This document shows positions 25,701 to 40,600 of a stretch of DNA of 64,000 nucleotides, piece by piece. The stretch spans positions 868,001 through 932,000 of the forward strand of contig OY253684.1 of assembly GCA_958009085.1 (NCBI GenBank). Direction: 5' to 3'. Under the pieces are notes generated by a model. That model worked only from the letters and a program-made list of their open reading frames with translations. It did not search any database and was not told the DNA's origin. A program made the position numbers and the translations under genes. This DNA comes from Protoeuglena noctilucae. Lineage: Eukaryota. Each line of letters begins with the position of its first letter. Position 1 is the stretch's first letter.

Positions 25701-28700
25701 ACCCTCAGTCGTCTCTTCGCTGAAAAGGTCCTCCTCCAGCATCGGCAGCAACACTGGGATGGCCTCGTCCAGGCATCCGGGGGGCTGGGGGGGAAGGGAG
25801 GTGGTGTGGGGTGAGTGGGGGAGATGTGTGGGGGGGAGGTGAGTGGCGTGGGGAAGGGAGGTGGGGTGGGGTGTGGGGTGGTAAATGCCACACTGACAGC
25901 CGTGCACATGCCATAACACAAGTGATCAAGCCAGCCCCAAAACACCCAGCCCCCTCCCCCTCACCGCCTCTCTGCTGAGCGCCGCCTCCACCGCCGCATG
26001 CAGTGCGTGCCCCCGCACATGAGCCGTGTACCCCCGCATGGGGAGGGCATACCGGAGCGTCTGTGCCACGAATGGGACGCAGTAAGGCCCAAGCTCGGCG
26101 CAGACCTGGGCCAGAGCACGTCGCGCGTCGTCCCGGACGTGCTGTGCGCGGCTCCGCAGCACGTTGCAGGCCAGCTGCAGGGCAGGGGGCAGCTCTGCGG
26201 CCTCTGCCGCGCGGGGCAGCAGCCGCAGGAGCTTTGCGATCGCGATGGCCACGGGGGCGCGGACGGTGTCGCCGGAAACCAACTCGGCACGCAATGCGGG
26301 GAGCACGCTGCGACGCAGGCGGTCTGCCACGGCACCACTCGCGCCACCCGTCTCCTCCACACCATTACTAATCACAGCATCAGCACCCTCCGCCCCTTCC
26401 CCGTCCTCATCGCCGCCCTCTGGGCCCCCATCCACACCCCCCCCTTCCTCTGCACCCGCGCCCCCACCACCCTCCACCACTCCCATATCCTCCCCCACGC
26501 CCTCGCCCTGCTCTGCCTCCGGTCGCATGAACCCCACCAGCGCCGCCGTCGCGTCCCCCTTCCCATCCCCAGCGCCCGCAACCTCCCCATCACCCCCCTC
26601 CCCACCCTCAAGTGCCGCCCTCACCGCCCCCGCCACATCCGGCCGTGCACCATCCCTGGCCCCATCCAGGAAATGGAAACTGTCCAGCACCGCGCACACC
26701 GCACGCAGCACTCGCTTGGACGCCTCCCGCGCCCTCCTTGCCTTGAGCAGTCTCAACTGCCGCATCAGTAGGGGCTCGTATTGCGCCCACGGCAGAGCCA
26801 GGGCCACTGCCCCCAGGCACCTGACTGCGGCCTCAGCCACGTTGGCCTCTCTGTCGACATCCTTGGCTTTCATGGGCACGCCGCCCTCCGCTGCCCTGCC
26901 CTCGAGCAGGCACTGCTCCAGGAGTGGGACGACCACGCTCAGCAGGGCGCCGGGCAGAGTGGCGGGGTCCTTGGGGAGAGAGGGGGCCAAGGCGTCGGCA
27001 TCTGGGGGGGTGGAGAGAGGAATGTGAGGGTGAGGGGGTGCGGGGGTGTGAGGTGAGGGAGAGAAGGTGCGGCTGAGAGGGTGCGACAGCGAGGCAATGC
27101 GATGCAAGGTTGAAAAGCGAGGGTTATAAGCAACAAACGTGTGTGCAAATGCAACAGCCAGGTCCCTAACAATAGCAATTTTCACCCATTCTCTTCCCTC
27201 CTCACCTCCCGCATCATTCCCCTCCCCTTCCTCATCGCCCCCCATCCCCCGCACATCCCCGCACGCCGCCCGCAGCCGCGCCGCCAGCCCATGGAACGCC
27301 CGCACCCGCCGCGACTGCTGCAGGTGCGTGGCGTTGGTCAGGAAACACCGAGTCTCGTCCGCGTCCACCAGCGCCGCCACAGTGGCCATAGACCCCGGCC
27401 ACTTCAGTGCCGCCCTCCGCAGCAACGCCGCACACTCTTGCCGCACCGCAAGGCTCGACGCCCCCAGCCCAGAGCGCAGCTGCGGGCCCGCCAGTCGCAC
27501 CACCGCCACTCCCAGCGCGTCCCCAGCACCAGGGTCACCCCCCGCATCCACCAGCCACTCCATCGCACGCGCCGCCCCCTGTCGCAACGCCAGATCCTCT
27601 GCCCCCCGCACGTCCCTTAGGCACTGGAACACCGCGGGCGCCACCCACGCACCCGGCAGGCCCCGCCACCACTCCCCATCCATCGCACGGTAGCCCCCCA
27701 GCCTGGCATCGTAGTCCGGCTCCCCCAGCCCCGCAGTTGCATTCACCGCAGCCAGCTGTGCCGCCGCTGCCTCCCCGCTCCCCAGCAGCCCCGCCAGCGC
27801 CGTCAAGCACCGGCACAGCGCAGTGCGCGCCTCGTCATGCCCCACCGACGCAAGCAGAGGGGCAAGGGAGCTGAGGTACCCCTCTATGCGCGCACGCGTC
27901 AATCGCCCACTCTCCGCGCCCGCACCCTCACGTGCCCGCAGCCCCGCGGCGCGCATCCCCGCCAACACCGCCGCCAGCGCAGACGCCGCCCTCCCCGTCG
28001 CCTGCCCTTGTCTCGGCAGCCCCGCCATTGCCCTTCCCCGCCCATCCCGCCTCCCCAGCAGCGCCACCAGTGCGTCCGCCACCCCCACCCCTCGCTCCTC
28101 GTCCCGTACCGTCACTCCCAGCGCCTCCAGCAGCCCCAGCTCCCGCAACGACCCTCGTGACCCCCGCCCAACCTCCCCCACCAGCCCCGCCAGCCACTGC
28201 AGCACGCGCCCTGCGTGTGGCTCCATCGCCCGCCGCTGTGCCTCTGTCACTCCCTCCTCTGCATCCCCGTCCCTCACCGCCCCGCTCCCCGCCCCCATCA
28301 GCCGCTCCGCCACCCCCAGCGCCGCCCCCGTGCTCTCCCTGCTCGCCCCCTGCATCCCCAACACGGCAAGCGCATGTCCCAGCACGCTCTGCCCCTGACC
28401 CTCTCCCAGCACCCCCGCCAGCTCCGGCCCCGCCAGCGCCAGCGCCAACTCCAAAGCTGCAGGTGGCCTCGTCGCCACGCACTCTGCCCCCAGCCGTGCC
28501 GCCATGGGCGCTGCCGCTGCCAGCATCGGGCCCCACAGCGCAGACAGGTCGGCGGAGGCCGGGAATCGCTCCAGCGCCGCGGCTAGGAGTCGCAGTGCCT
28601 GGACGCGGAGGTCGCGGAGGTGACGAGGGTCCATTATGGGGTCGGCGTGGAGTGACGTTGTTGTCGATGAGTCGATAGTGTGCTTGGCAACGATACTGGT

Positions 28701-31700
28701 GGGTACCGTTGTCGCAGCCGGGTGATCTGCACTAGAGTGGTTGGCGTCGGGCATCTGAAGAGTGCCGGGTAGGGCACTGGCGCCGAGTCTGAGCAGCGAC
28801 GTCACCGCAGCCATGAGCGGTGGAAAGAAGGGGGGCATGCGGTGACCCAGGTGGGCCAGCATGTCAGACACCGCGTGCAGTGCCGCGACGTGGGTGCCGG
28901 GGGGCAGTGTCGCTAGCGGAGTGGGGTCGAATGCCGCGAGCCACCAGCTGAGGGGGCGCGTGAGCAAAGCAGGGGCCCACCAGTGACCGGGAACAAGCGC
29001 GGTGTCCGATGACGCATCTGGGAATGGGGCGAATGGGGTGTCTGCCGCCTCTGCCGCTGCCGCATCCGCCAGCGCTTCCCTCTCGCGCGGCAGTGCGGGT
29101 GCGAGGGGTGACAGGAAGAGCTCTACTAGCGTGGTGAGCTCGTGGGGCGGGGCAGCTGCAAGGAAGTTGAGGATGGCCGACCGCGCTGACCCAGCCGCAC
29201 CCCTGCCGCCCAGGCGACCGGTGCGCTTGCGCATTTTGGAGAAGAGGAGGCGCGTCAGCACTGCGGGTGTGTGGGGGAGAGAGAGGGTTGCGGGGGTGGC
29301 AGAGCGGACCGCTTGTCACTATATGGTGCTTTACAGTTACCGTATCCCATACTCCATATACCATATACCATATACACCAATCCACACCACACGACACCCT
29401 CCCTCACCTGGCATGAGCCCCGGCCGGTGTTTGTCGAGCAGCCCCTCCTCGCCCTCCCTCGCCGTGGATGGCGCCAAGGGGAACGCCGCCAGCTGCTCCC
29501 TCAGCGTCTTGTCATCCGCCATCTTGACCAATCGATCCAGATGGGGACCCAGGAATCGAAGTTTGAATGGGCGCAGGGCCTTCAGGGCTGCCGCCTGCAC
29601 AGATCCGTCCCTGTCGCCCACCAGCCGCGCCACGGCGGCGCGGATGCGGAGGAAGAGGGGATTGTCGCGAGTGGATGGGACGGCGGAGAGGACGGACAGC
29701 CTGGGGGTGTGGGAGGAAATGGGGTGGGGATGAGGGAGGGGTGGGAGTGGCGTGACGGGCGGTGGTGGTGGGCGCAAGCGTGTATGCACTTGCAAGCGTT
29801 CATGGCGATTGCTCCCACACAAGCATGGATGTACTATATAAACAAGCACTGCTCTGATATGCATGTGCCCACTGCACGCACCAGTTCATGGCCCTTTGCC
29901 GCCACTCCCTCCCCGACAGCGACCGGCCCTGGCGACCCGTGTCCACCGCATCGATTGTAATGCCATCGCCTGCCTCAGCATCACCCTCGCCATCACCATC
30001 ACCATCGTTATCATCCCCCTCCTCCCCCTCTCCACCCTCATCCTTCCCCTCTCCCTCCCCCTCTCGCCCGTCCTCTCCCTCACCCCCGTCGCCCACCCCC
30101 GCCCCCCCACCCCTCGCCTCCAGCAGTGTCACCATCACCTCCCCCCAGTCCTCGGCACGTGATTGCAGCACGTTCCCGGGGCTCTGGGCCATCGCCGTCA
30201 GCAGCCACCCCAGTCGAGTGGAGGGGTCCGTGCACCCACCGGACGCACTCACGCTGCCCTGCCCCACCACCGTGGCAAAGCGGTCTAGGAGAGAGAAGGG
30301 CAGGGCGTGGTCGCGGAGGAGAGCCTGGGGGGGGGGGGGGGGGGGGGGGGTGGAAGAGGTGAGAGGAGGCGTTTAGAAGACAGGTGGTTGAGAGAGTTGA
30401 GAGAGGTGAGTGGGGAGGCGAGAAGGCGGCACGTGAGAGGGACAAGAAGGGCGGACAGTCAGACCATTTCACATCAGTAAGTATGTACTACGATACTGCC
30501 CCACACCGACGCTCATTCTCTCCCCTCACCTGCATTTGCATAACAGCATCTCCCACCCCCCCGCTGTCTCACCTGCACTTGCGTCCCTGCCCCCGCCACC
30601 CCCTCCCCCCTCAAAAACGCCCCCTGCGCCTCCTTCACGTGCCTCGCCACCACCCCCCACGCCTCGTCCCCCAAATGCCCCACCGCCGCTGCCAACGCCG
30701 CTGCTGCCGGCGCCCACAGCACCGCAAAGCGCACGTGCAGCACACCGCACAGGCCCCTAGCCACGGCACCCGCCAGCGACGGAGGCACTCGCTTGAACTC
30801 CACATCTGCTTTCAGCTGCCCCAGCGCCGCCACCCCCCTTCGCCCCGCCTCAAGGGTGCAAGGGCCCGCCTCCACTGCTAAGAGAGATGCGAACGCACGG
30901 CAGGGGCCATGGGAAGTGGAGGGAGCCTCGAAGCACGATAGCAGGCGCAAGGCCTCGACGCGCACTGCCTGGGAGGGGCTGTCGAGGTGGGTGAGCACGG
31001 CAGCGAGGGCAGAGTCGAACGTGCCTACCGATGCTGGAGGGGGGTGGCCGGACACACGGAGAGCAGTTAGGGGTGCGGATGCCATCCGCAGGGCGTGGAC
31101 GCTGCCCGGGTATGTGCGCGCGGCTGCGGCCCCCGCCTCCGCCAGCTGTTGCAGTGCTGCGGGGTCGTCTGCGTGACACGCGGCCATCATTCTCGCCACC
31201 TCCGCTGCCACCGCAAGCGCAGGCTCGGTGGCAGCCGGGGCAGCCACGGTGGCGCGGCATGCGGCCCAGGGGCCCTCGAGTGCGGATGCCAGGTGAGTGC
31301 GGTCGGGGAATGCATGGGGCAGGCACTGCAAAGCGCACCACGCCTCGGCCAGGGCAGACTGGTGCTGGTCACTCGCAGCAGCGGTGGGTGCGGACTGGGG
31401 CATGTCGCTCGTAACAGCAGTGGATGAAGTAGGCTGTTGCTGTGGTGCGCTGAGGGCGGTGGGGATGGCGTCCACGCACGCCCGCACGCGTGATGACAGG
31501 CGCACTCCCCCTGGCTGGGCCGTCAGCAGCGCGGGGACGCCCTTGCGACCCACTGCGGGTACGAGAGAGCTTAGACACGTTGTAGCATTGCTGGAATCCG
31601 CAGTGGCTTGGTCTACCTGCCAGTAGACACTCGCCCACTTGTCATGTGCATGTGACCCATCCGTGGCAGCGTGCTACCACCCCCACTCACCCTCCAGTGC

Positions 31701-34296
31701 CCCCTGCCCCATCGCGGCGCACAGGTCGGCCAGCAGCGGCAGCGCCCCGTCCACCCCCGCGTCCCAGCACCGCCCCGCCGCCCCCAGCATCTGCGGCCCC
31801 ATGGAACGCACCGCCTCCCCCGCCCCCTCCCTCGTCGCCAGCAGCGATCGCAGGAAGGCGGCCTCCTCCATCGCAGGGGGCCTCGTGAACTGCGGAGGAT
31901 AACAGAGGCACTGGCAGGTGAGGGTCCATAAATTACAAATGTCGCAGATTGATATGAGCATCACATGCGCATCAAGGCATAACGTGGGTGTGGGTGTGCA
32001 CTGGACATGCTGATGGGCTACGTAGCCATCTGTCACCCACTCACCACGCATCAGAGCTTACAACTGCGCATCCCCATCTACCTCAGCCACCCCACCATCA
32101 GTCATTCCCTCACCAGCACGTGCCATGCCGCCGCCGACGCCCCAGGCCCCCCCCACGTCCCCTTTGCCCCCTCTTCTCCCTCCTCCCCCCTTCGTCGCCT
32201 CGACCATCCCCCCACCACCGCAGACGCCAGCCGCAGCGTCTGGCCCGACAGCGTCAAGCGCAAGTATCGCCTGAGAGCCACGTGACGGAATCAGAATCCT
32301 TCATAACTCCATCTCCAGCAGCGAGGAGCATGGCAATTTCATGTCATCTCCATGCGCCATATTCATATTCCACACTTTAGATGCCACACCGGGCATGCTC
32401 CACTCCACTGCACACCCTGCACCTGCCATCGTGCTACGGCGCAGTCGTCACCTGTAATCGTGCTCTTCGTAGTCTTCGCCATCCACCGCGTCCGTGACCT
32501 CCCCCCCCACAGCGAACCCCGCATGGCCCGCCATCCCCTCCACCGCCTTCGCCAGCCGGCCCCAGTCACGCACCCGCGACCCGCCCCTGTGCTCCGTTGC
32601 CGCCGCTACCAGCCCCACTGCCCGCGCCACGTGGCGCGCGGACGCAGCGTCTCTCGCCTGGCCCGCCCTCGCCTCGCACTCTTGCAAAAGCACGTCCCAC
32701 ACCTCCCCGCACGTCGACGCACGCACGTGCTCCAGCACTCTGTGGGGAAGGACAGAGGGCAAGTTGGGATGCATGGATAGCCCATTGAATATACACAGCC
32801 CCACCACTCCCATCTGCAGCACCCGTATCCCTCCCACCCCTCGCCTGTGCAGCACCAGTGCCGCCACGGCCGTCACGCGCGCCCGTGCCTCGTCCACCCC
32901 CAGGGCGCCCCCCTCCCGCACCTCCCCCGCCTCCGCCAGCACCATCGCAAGCAGACGGGCCCCGCGGGAGTGCAGGCCATTCTGCAAGCATATATCACGC
33001 GATGTGTGCTAACCACACTCTGCCACTTGAACTCCCGGGTCAGCTGACCTGCTTTGCTACATTGGCCATTACCCCACATGGCATTCACACACCCCCTCAC
33101 TGCCACCCCACCTCACATCCACAACCCCACCTGAACCAACACCCTAACCCTAACAACCCCCACCATCCTCGCCTGTGGCCCCACCACCGCCTCCGCCAGC
33201 GCCACGGCTGCCCCGTGGGTGCGCGCCTCGCTGGGCCTGGCCGCCTGCTCCGCCAGCAGCGCCCGCACGGCCCCGGCAAGTGCCGCGCCCGGGCAGGTCC
33301 GCAGCAGGAATGCCGCGACCTCCCCCGCAAAGCTGCGGACGTGGGATGCGTTGGCGTACCTCAGCCGCTGCGTTGGCCTGAGCACACCGGGGATGTCGCG
33401 CACCAGTTGACGCTGCAGGTCCTTGAACACTGCGGGAGGAGCCAGTGGCGCAGGGTTTGTGTAAAGGCGAGCAACGGCAGTGCCACTGTTGTGCCACCGC
33501 AGCACCCCCGCCTTAGCAGCCCAGTCGGTAGCCAACACGGCCCGTCCCTGCCCATGCTCACCCATTCCCAGACACGTGAATGCCGCGCGCATGGCCTCTG
33601 GGTCCCGGTCTGCCCCTGCCTCCACCAGCGTCGCCAGGGCATCGGCCACGCGAGGCACGTACGGCAAGAAGTCAGCCTGGAGGTCCCGGGCGAGGTGGCC
33701 GACGAGGGCGCAGACGGCTTCCAATGACAGCTGCGATGCGCACGGGACGGCGCGGTTGCCGCACTGGAGCCAGGCTGTGTGTGAAGCTGCGTCACGCATT
33801 GCGACGGCCCCGTACCTTCGCTTCCAGCGTCAGACAGCCCAGCAGCACGTCGAGAACCTCGTCCTTGTGGTGCAGGAGCAGCGGCATGGTGCGGCAGAGC
33901 GGCGCGAGGCGGCGCTGCGCGTCCGCGAAGTGGGGAGCGAGGCACAACTCGCGCCAGGCCTCGAGCTGCTCTTGGAAGAAGGACGCGGCGCCATTCAGGG
34001 GCACGCTCCGGACTGCCTTGACCTCGCGGAACACATCCACGTCCACCTGCGCGGGAAGCCCAGCTGGCCGCCGGCGTGAGAGGGGCGCGGCCGCCGCCGG
34101 GCCACCTGGTCCCCGCGCGCCCGAGCCGCGGCATACAGGAGCCACCGCGTCTGCTGCGACATCTTTGCAGTGTTCCGGTTGCAGTGACACCATCGCGCAC
34201 CTCATTGACGACGTCGGCGAAGCGCTGGAAGCGATACTTCCTCGGCCGCTTCGTCCGCCGCCCCTCCGGCGGGGCCTCGCCGTCGCTGTCCGACAT
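22728..34296 (-). CDS. UTP20: Small-subunit processome component UTP20 (HEAT-repeat U3 snoRNP-associated protein)
   Basis: N-terminus YRFQRF...SFFQEQLEAWREL...TMPLLLHHKDEV...LARDLQADF. Internal motifs LRSRAQHVRDDARRAL, RGYTAHVRGHALH, LLQYLLDFPLGEKRL...NLAYEHHEGR. C-terminus EAVVDPAAAAEARRRKH. Many exons across about 11.5 kb. Confidence 0.9.
23269..23301. repeat. (CACCCA)n hexanucleotide microsatellite in a UTP20 intron
   Basis: About five tandem copies visible directly. Confidence 0.85.
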
Positions 34297-34618
34297 GTCC
34301 GCACAGACAAGACGAACGTGTGCAGCGCACGCAGTTACTTGGCCCGAAAGTCGCGCAGGCGGGCCAGGTAGCTATGCAAGGTAGAACAAACGTGCTCAGC
34401 GGTGTGGCAGAGGCGCGAGTGGCCCAAATGTTGTGACAACCCGGCCACTCTCTGCCTCGACATTGATTGGGAATGTGCAGTGGCCGGGCTGACGGGTCCG
34501 TGCGGCTAGAGCTTGCTGGAATCAAGTGTAGGGAGGGCAACTGTAGGGGAAGGCGCAAGTCACAGTAGTTTTTTGCTACCCTTACAATCCTTGCGAGGCG
34601 TAGCTCATCCGCATCGCA

Positions 34619-37600
34619 ATGGGTCCGAAGGAGAAGGACGAGAGCGCCACCGAGACCGATGGGGGCGTGGCGCCCCCCGCGGCGCCCGCGGAGGAGCCCG
34701 CGTCGGCGTCAGTGAACGGGGCATGTCCGAGCAACGAGGCGCAGGATGGCTCGCATAGGCGGGGGGGAGGCGGTGGGCGGGACGAGAGGCGGCAGGGGCG
34801 TGGCGAGCAGGAGGAGATCAAGGTGCGCGGGGTCGCCGGCTGCGGGCGCTGGCCGGCATGAATGGGTAACCGTCCGAAGGCGCATGTGGTGGAAGGCGAA
34901 GTTGGGAGCGCTGCCCGTCCTCATTGGGGCGAATGGCTTGCTGGGCAGTGCTGTTGGTCCCGGTCGGCGGCGGCGGGGTTTTTGCGGCCTCTTCAAGCAC
35001 ACGCATCGGTCAGATTTGCAACATGGTTTATGCCAGGATCCGAATGCATGGCGCGCGCCCTCTATTCGGCCACCTCTCAAGCAACCCCTCCCCCGATCCG
35101 TGCCCATTCTGAAAGATCGGCAGAGTCCTCTCGCCAGGCACCTCCTAGCCCTGCTCTCGAGCGCTCCACCGTGCGCGATGCCCGCAGAGGTACACCGCCA
35201 CGGAGCACCGGCAGAGCGTGGAAGACGTCTCCCGCTCCCTCGGCACGCATGTGAACGTCGAGGAGCCCAAGGAGTCGCAGGGTCTGATCGCGGAGGAGGC
35301 GAAGGCTCGGCTGGTGCGAGGCCGGCCGCGCTGAGCCGCCCAGCGCATGCCACGGTGGGACGTCCCGAGGTTAGCCCGTTTAACTCCCTCCGCAGGAAAG
35401 GGACGGGAAGAACGAGCTGAAGCCGAAGAAGAAGGTCCCCGAGATTGTCAAGTTCCTCCTGCAATTCACCAACCTGCTGATGGTCCTGCTCCTGGTCGCC
35501 ACCGCCCTCACGTACCTAGCGTACGGCATCCAGGCGACTGCGGATGGCACCCAGATGGCCGCAATTCTCGACTACATTTGCATTTCTCGCGTGCGCTCAC
35601 CTCCTCCCATCTTGTCACCCTCCAGATCCCCCATGACACCACGAACGTCGTCCTGGCCTCCATCCTGCTGGGGGTCATCACCCTCACGTGCTTCCTCTCC
35701 TACTGGCAGGAGCACGCCACCGAGTCGGTCATGAACTCCCTCCTGCAGCTCATCCCCACCGAGTGCGCCGTCATCCGCGACGGGGCAGAGATGCGCGTAC
35801 CTGCCACGGAGGCGAGGCATTCATCACTGCTTGCAGTTGACTTGGCACATGGGTATGAAGCAGTAGCCACACGCCATATTTGCATTCTCTCCCGCAGCTG
35901 GTGGTGGGCGACCTCGTCCGCCTGGGCATCGGGTCGCGTGTGCCGGCCGACCTCCGCATCGTGGTGTCGAATGAACTCAAGGTGGAGACGAGCTCACTCA
36001 CGGGGGAGTCAGACGCCATCGGACTCGACGCGGCAGGTGATGGGATAGGATGCACGCATGCAGACATGCATGGTCTAGAACACACAGCGCCGCATGCGTC
36101 ATCACGCCATACAAGCAAGTCATGTGACCTGTTCTCGCTTGCCCTCACGCAGTGTCTCAGGATGAGGCCCCCAACGAGGCCCGCAACCTGGCCTTCATGA
36201 GTTCCCTGGTCATGACGGGCGAGGGCTGGGGTGTGGTCATCCGCACGGGTGACGACACCATGATCGGCTCCATCGCCAGCCTCGCCACGGGTGAGGGCAT
36301 TTGAACGAGGCTCATGCGGAGGGTACTAGCCGACAGTGCGCCATTCTCACAATCTCGCCAGCGCTTGCGCCCACCCGTGCTCATCCCACCCACACCTAAC
36401 ACCGCCACCACTTGTGCCCACCCCATCTCCACCCCACCCCACCCCACCCCCCTCAGCCACCCGAACGGAGAAGTCGACGCTTCACCTCGAGGTCAAGCGA
36501 TTCGCCATCTTCATCGCCTGCCTGGCTGCCGTCACCGGGATCGTCTTCTTCGTTGTGGCCATTACCACGGGCTCCAGCTTCGCCCAGGCACTCGTCACCG
36601 GCCTCATCACTGTGCTGGTCGCCAACGTGCCTGAGGGGCTGCCCGCCACCGTCACCACGCAGCTGACGGTCGCGGCCGACCGCATGCGCAAGGAGCACGT
36701 GCTGGTCAAGCGTATGGACATGATTGAGGTGAGGGTGGGAATGGACGAAGAGTGGGAATGGACAAGTGAGTGTGAGGGGATGAAATGCAGCAGCAGTCTG
36801 GCCTAGCAGTTCCCTCAGCCAGGTCGCTGCCACGCTGACTGGTGTGCTGTGTGTTGCATAGCGCCCACGGTGCTCGTCGTCCCTGTCTCAACCCCCGCAG
36901 ACGCTGGGGTCGGTGACGGTGATCGCGTCGGACAAGACGGGCACGCTGATGCAGAACCGCATGACGGTGGAGAACCTCTGGGTGGACGGCCAGCTGTTCC
37001 CCGCGCAGTCCGTGTCGGGTGCCGTGAGCATGGCCCAGGTGCGCAAGGCCCAAGAGCGCAGCTCCATCGCCCGCGTCAGCCGGAGGCCCACCAATCGGCA
37101 GTCTATGACCCACCTGGTCCGCACTTCCATGCGACGGGAGGCCAAGGGGACGAGGGGCAACACCGAAGGTGCGGGGCAGAGCGGTGCAGAGCACTGGGTG
37201 CAGGGAGCGAGGTTGGCACCCTAGCAAGCATGCCGGCCACTTCTGTCGTACTGTTAGACAGATTGTGTTGCTGGTTGCGAACTGTTTGCACGAACAAGTG
37301 CCAGGTGCAGCCATGTATGTGGTACGGCTCCCAAGCCGCACGCTGTCCCTTGACCCATGCTTGTGCAGGGGAGGCGGACATAGAGATGCCGCGCTTGGAC
37401 CGAGCATCCCGCGGCGCTCCCTCCCCGTCGCGCGTGCGTGCGGGGGAGCCCTCGCAGGCGATGCCGGACGCGGCGGCTGTGGCGAGGCGCGTCAGCATGG
37501 GAAGGCGGTCGGTGATGACTGGCGAGGGGGCACTGCGGGTGGTGGACGAAGTGCCGGTGAGGACAAGGATGCGAGCATGCTTAACAGGTAGTGCTTGCCT

Positions 37601-40600
37601 GCCACTCATATGCATAGCTGGCACACGTTAACCTGCCACCCTTCCCTCGATGCCATCTGCATCACTGCTCTCTTCGCCCCTCACCTCCCTTTCCCACCCC
37701 ATGCCCTCACCCTCGCCGCAGTCACCAGGCCCCGACTCCCCGCCCCCGCCCGGTCGTGGCGTGGGCCGTGCGTCCATAGTTCGCCCGAGCATGCGCCTGG
37801 GCCGCCTGTCGATGCGCACGGCGCGGCTTCTGGAGACGCTGGCGGGCGTGGCGGAGCTGCGGGAGGGCAGGCTGCCTTGGGGCCGCAGCACACCCCTGGA
37901 GCGCCTGATGGTGATTGGGTGCCTGAACAACGAGGCGCGGGTGCTGGCGGAGGATGAGGAGGGGCGGAGCGAGGGCGACCGTCGAGATGGTGACTCTGGG
38001 AAGCAGGGTGACGGAGACGGGCAGGGTGACAGGGAGGGGCAGGGGCCGGGCGACCCAGGGACCGTCAAGCTGTCCGGCAACGCCACCGACCAGGGCATCC
38101 TGCGGTACTGCATGGGCGTCATGGACGTGGACAGCACCAATCGACAGAACCCCATCACATTCCGGCTGCCCTTCAACAGCGTCAACAAGTTCGCTGCCGT
38201 GGTGTGCAACGCGGGAGAGGACGACACCGTGGATGGGCCCCCCAGGCAGCTGATGCTCATGAAGGGGGCCCCGGAGTACGTCATCAAGCGCTGCGACAGG
38301 TGACGGGCGCACTGCGAGCGGGGCTGCCACCGCGGGTGCCTTCACAATGCCCGACCCTTCACAATGCGTCCCTTGTGCGGTGGTCTGATGCACAGGTACC
38401 TCAGCTGGGGCAACGAGGTGCGGCCGATGAACGAGGCGTATGAGGAGGAGATGATGGCTGCCTACGAGCGTTGTGGGCTGGCGGGCGAGCGCGTCATTGG
38501 CCTGGCCTTTAAGCACGAGGGTGACGCTGGGTCAGGGGACTGGCAGTCGTGCGTCAGGGTTCAATGCTGGCAATCTCTTTCCTTCCTCGTTAGCCAAGTT
38601 GCTGAAGACTCATTTTTGACCTCCACTACGCACGCAGAGGCTCGCAACCCTCATGAGTGGGGCGAGGCGTGCAAGAGTGGCGAGGTGCTGCAGGGGTTTG
38701 TATTCACGGGCCTCATCAGTCTTGTGGACCCACCCAAGGTCGGCGTCATGGAGGCAGTTCTGCAGGTGGGGATGCTCGGCGACCGCTGCTTGGGGTGGTA
38801 GCTTGTTTGGGGTAGTGGTTGCAATGGTAAGCATGGCGACACAAGGACCTCACACCGTCTTGGGCCTCTCTGTGCCCCAGTGCCGCACGGCGGGCATCCG
38901 CGTCGTCATGGTCACCGGCGACCACCCCCTTACGGCCGAGGCCATCGCCCGCAAGGTCGGCATCATCACCAAGGCGAGTGCTGGCGCCCTCCGCTCGCAC
39001 AGGGCCAGGCCTGGCCGCACTGTGCAACTGTCGGCTCTCACAGCCGCCGCCCCTTATGTTTTGCAGAAGACGCCCGCCGAGCTGTCCAAGGAGGATGGCC
39101 GGCCGGTGGACATCAGCGACGAGCGTGCCCGCGCCGTGGTCATCCCGGGGTCCCAGATCGTTGAGATGACGACGGAGGAGCAGTGGGACGCGGTGCTGAC
39201 GAAGGACGAGATCGTGTTCGCGCGCACCACGCCGCAGCAGAAGCTCGAGGTCAGCAGGGCGGGGGCGAGGGCGGCAGGCGGGGCACATGCTGCGGGGCGG
39301 GGCTGGCATGCTGGCGGGGGCGAGGGTGGCAGACAGCGGGGTCGCTGAGCGGCGCTGTGGCCTGCACTGAGCCCGGCATTGTGTCATCAGCCATCTCACA
39401 AAGCCCCGCCTCGCTCGCAGATCGTGAGCAACCTGCAGCGGCTCAAGGAGGTGGTGGCGGTGACGGGCGACGGCGTGAACGACTCGCCGGCGCTGAAGCG
39501 CGCCCAGGTCGGCGTGGCCATGGGGTCCCCGGAGGCCAGCGACGTGGCACGCGACGCGGCCAGCGTCATCCTGCTGGACGACAACTTTGCGTCCATCGTC
39601 ACCGGTGAGGGGTGGGAGGGTGGCCTAGGGGGCAGAGGGCAGAGGGGCGGTGAAGCAGCGGCAGAAGCTAAGCTACGGCAGACACGAGCGATGAGCATGA
39701 GACTCTGCGAGCGCCGAGCCGCCCACCACCCCGCAGGCATCCGGGAGGGGCGCATCCTGTTCGACAACCTGGTCAAGACGGTCACCTACACGGTCACCCA
39801 CCTGGTGCCGGAGCTCGTCCCCGTCTTTCTGACCATTGCCTTTGGCTTCCCTCTCGGCATCACGGGTGGGGCTCTGTGCCGACCAGTGCGGGTGTCTGCA
39901 GCATGAGTGGCTCTGCTGAGTGTTTGACTCAGCCACCCGCTCTCTCGTCCCCCCCAGGTCTTGGGATCATCCTCATCGACCTCATCACGGAGCAGGCCCC
40001 CGCCATCTCCCTGGCCTACGAGCCTGCCGAGGCCAGCGTCATGGAGCGCCCCCCGCGGGACATGAAGCGCGACCGCCTGGCCTCGTGGCCCGTCATCCGC
40101 TACGCCTACCTCATCGCCGGGCCCTGGCAGGCCGTCCTCGCCCTCATCGCATATTTGATTGTTTTTTGGGAGCACAACATCTGCATCGCGGACTACGTCG
40201 CCTTCTCTGGCACACACCACTTCCAGCCCCAGCCACACAACAACCGCCCATTCACCACGCGGTCGGGTCTTCTCGTGACGGGCGCGGACCAGTCGAACCT
40301 CCTCGGCCAGGCCCAGGCCGGTGCGTGGCAGCAGCTGGCATGTGTTGGACGGTGGAGTGAGTCCTGTTGTGATCCAGCGTTGGTGCTTTTCCCGCAGCGT
40401 GGTGGCTTACCATCATTTTCTGTCAGGCCTGGCACATCTGGATCTGCAAGACGCGGTTCGTGCCCATCACCTGGAAAACATCCCGCAAGCACTTCCGCAA
40501 CCCGGTCACGTGGCTGGGCATTGCCATCGAGCTGTTCGTCATCTTCGTCTTCATCTACGTCCCGAAACTCAACGTGAGCAAGCATGGGATTTCTCGCGCC

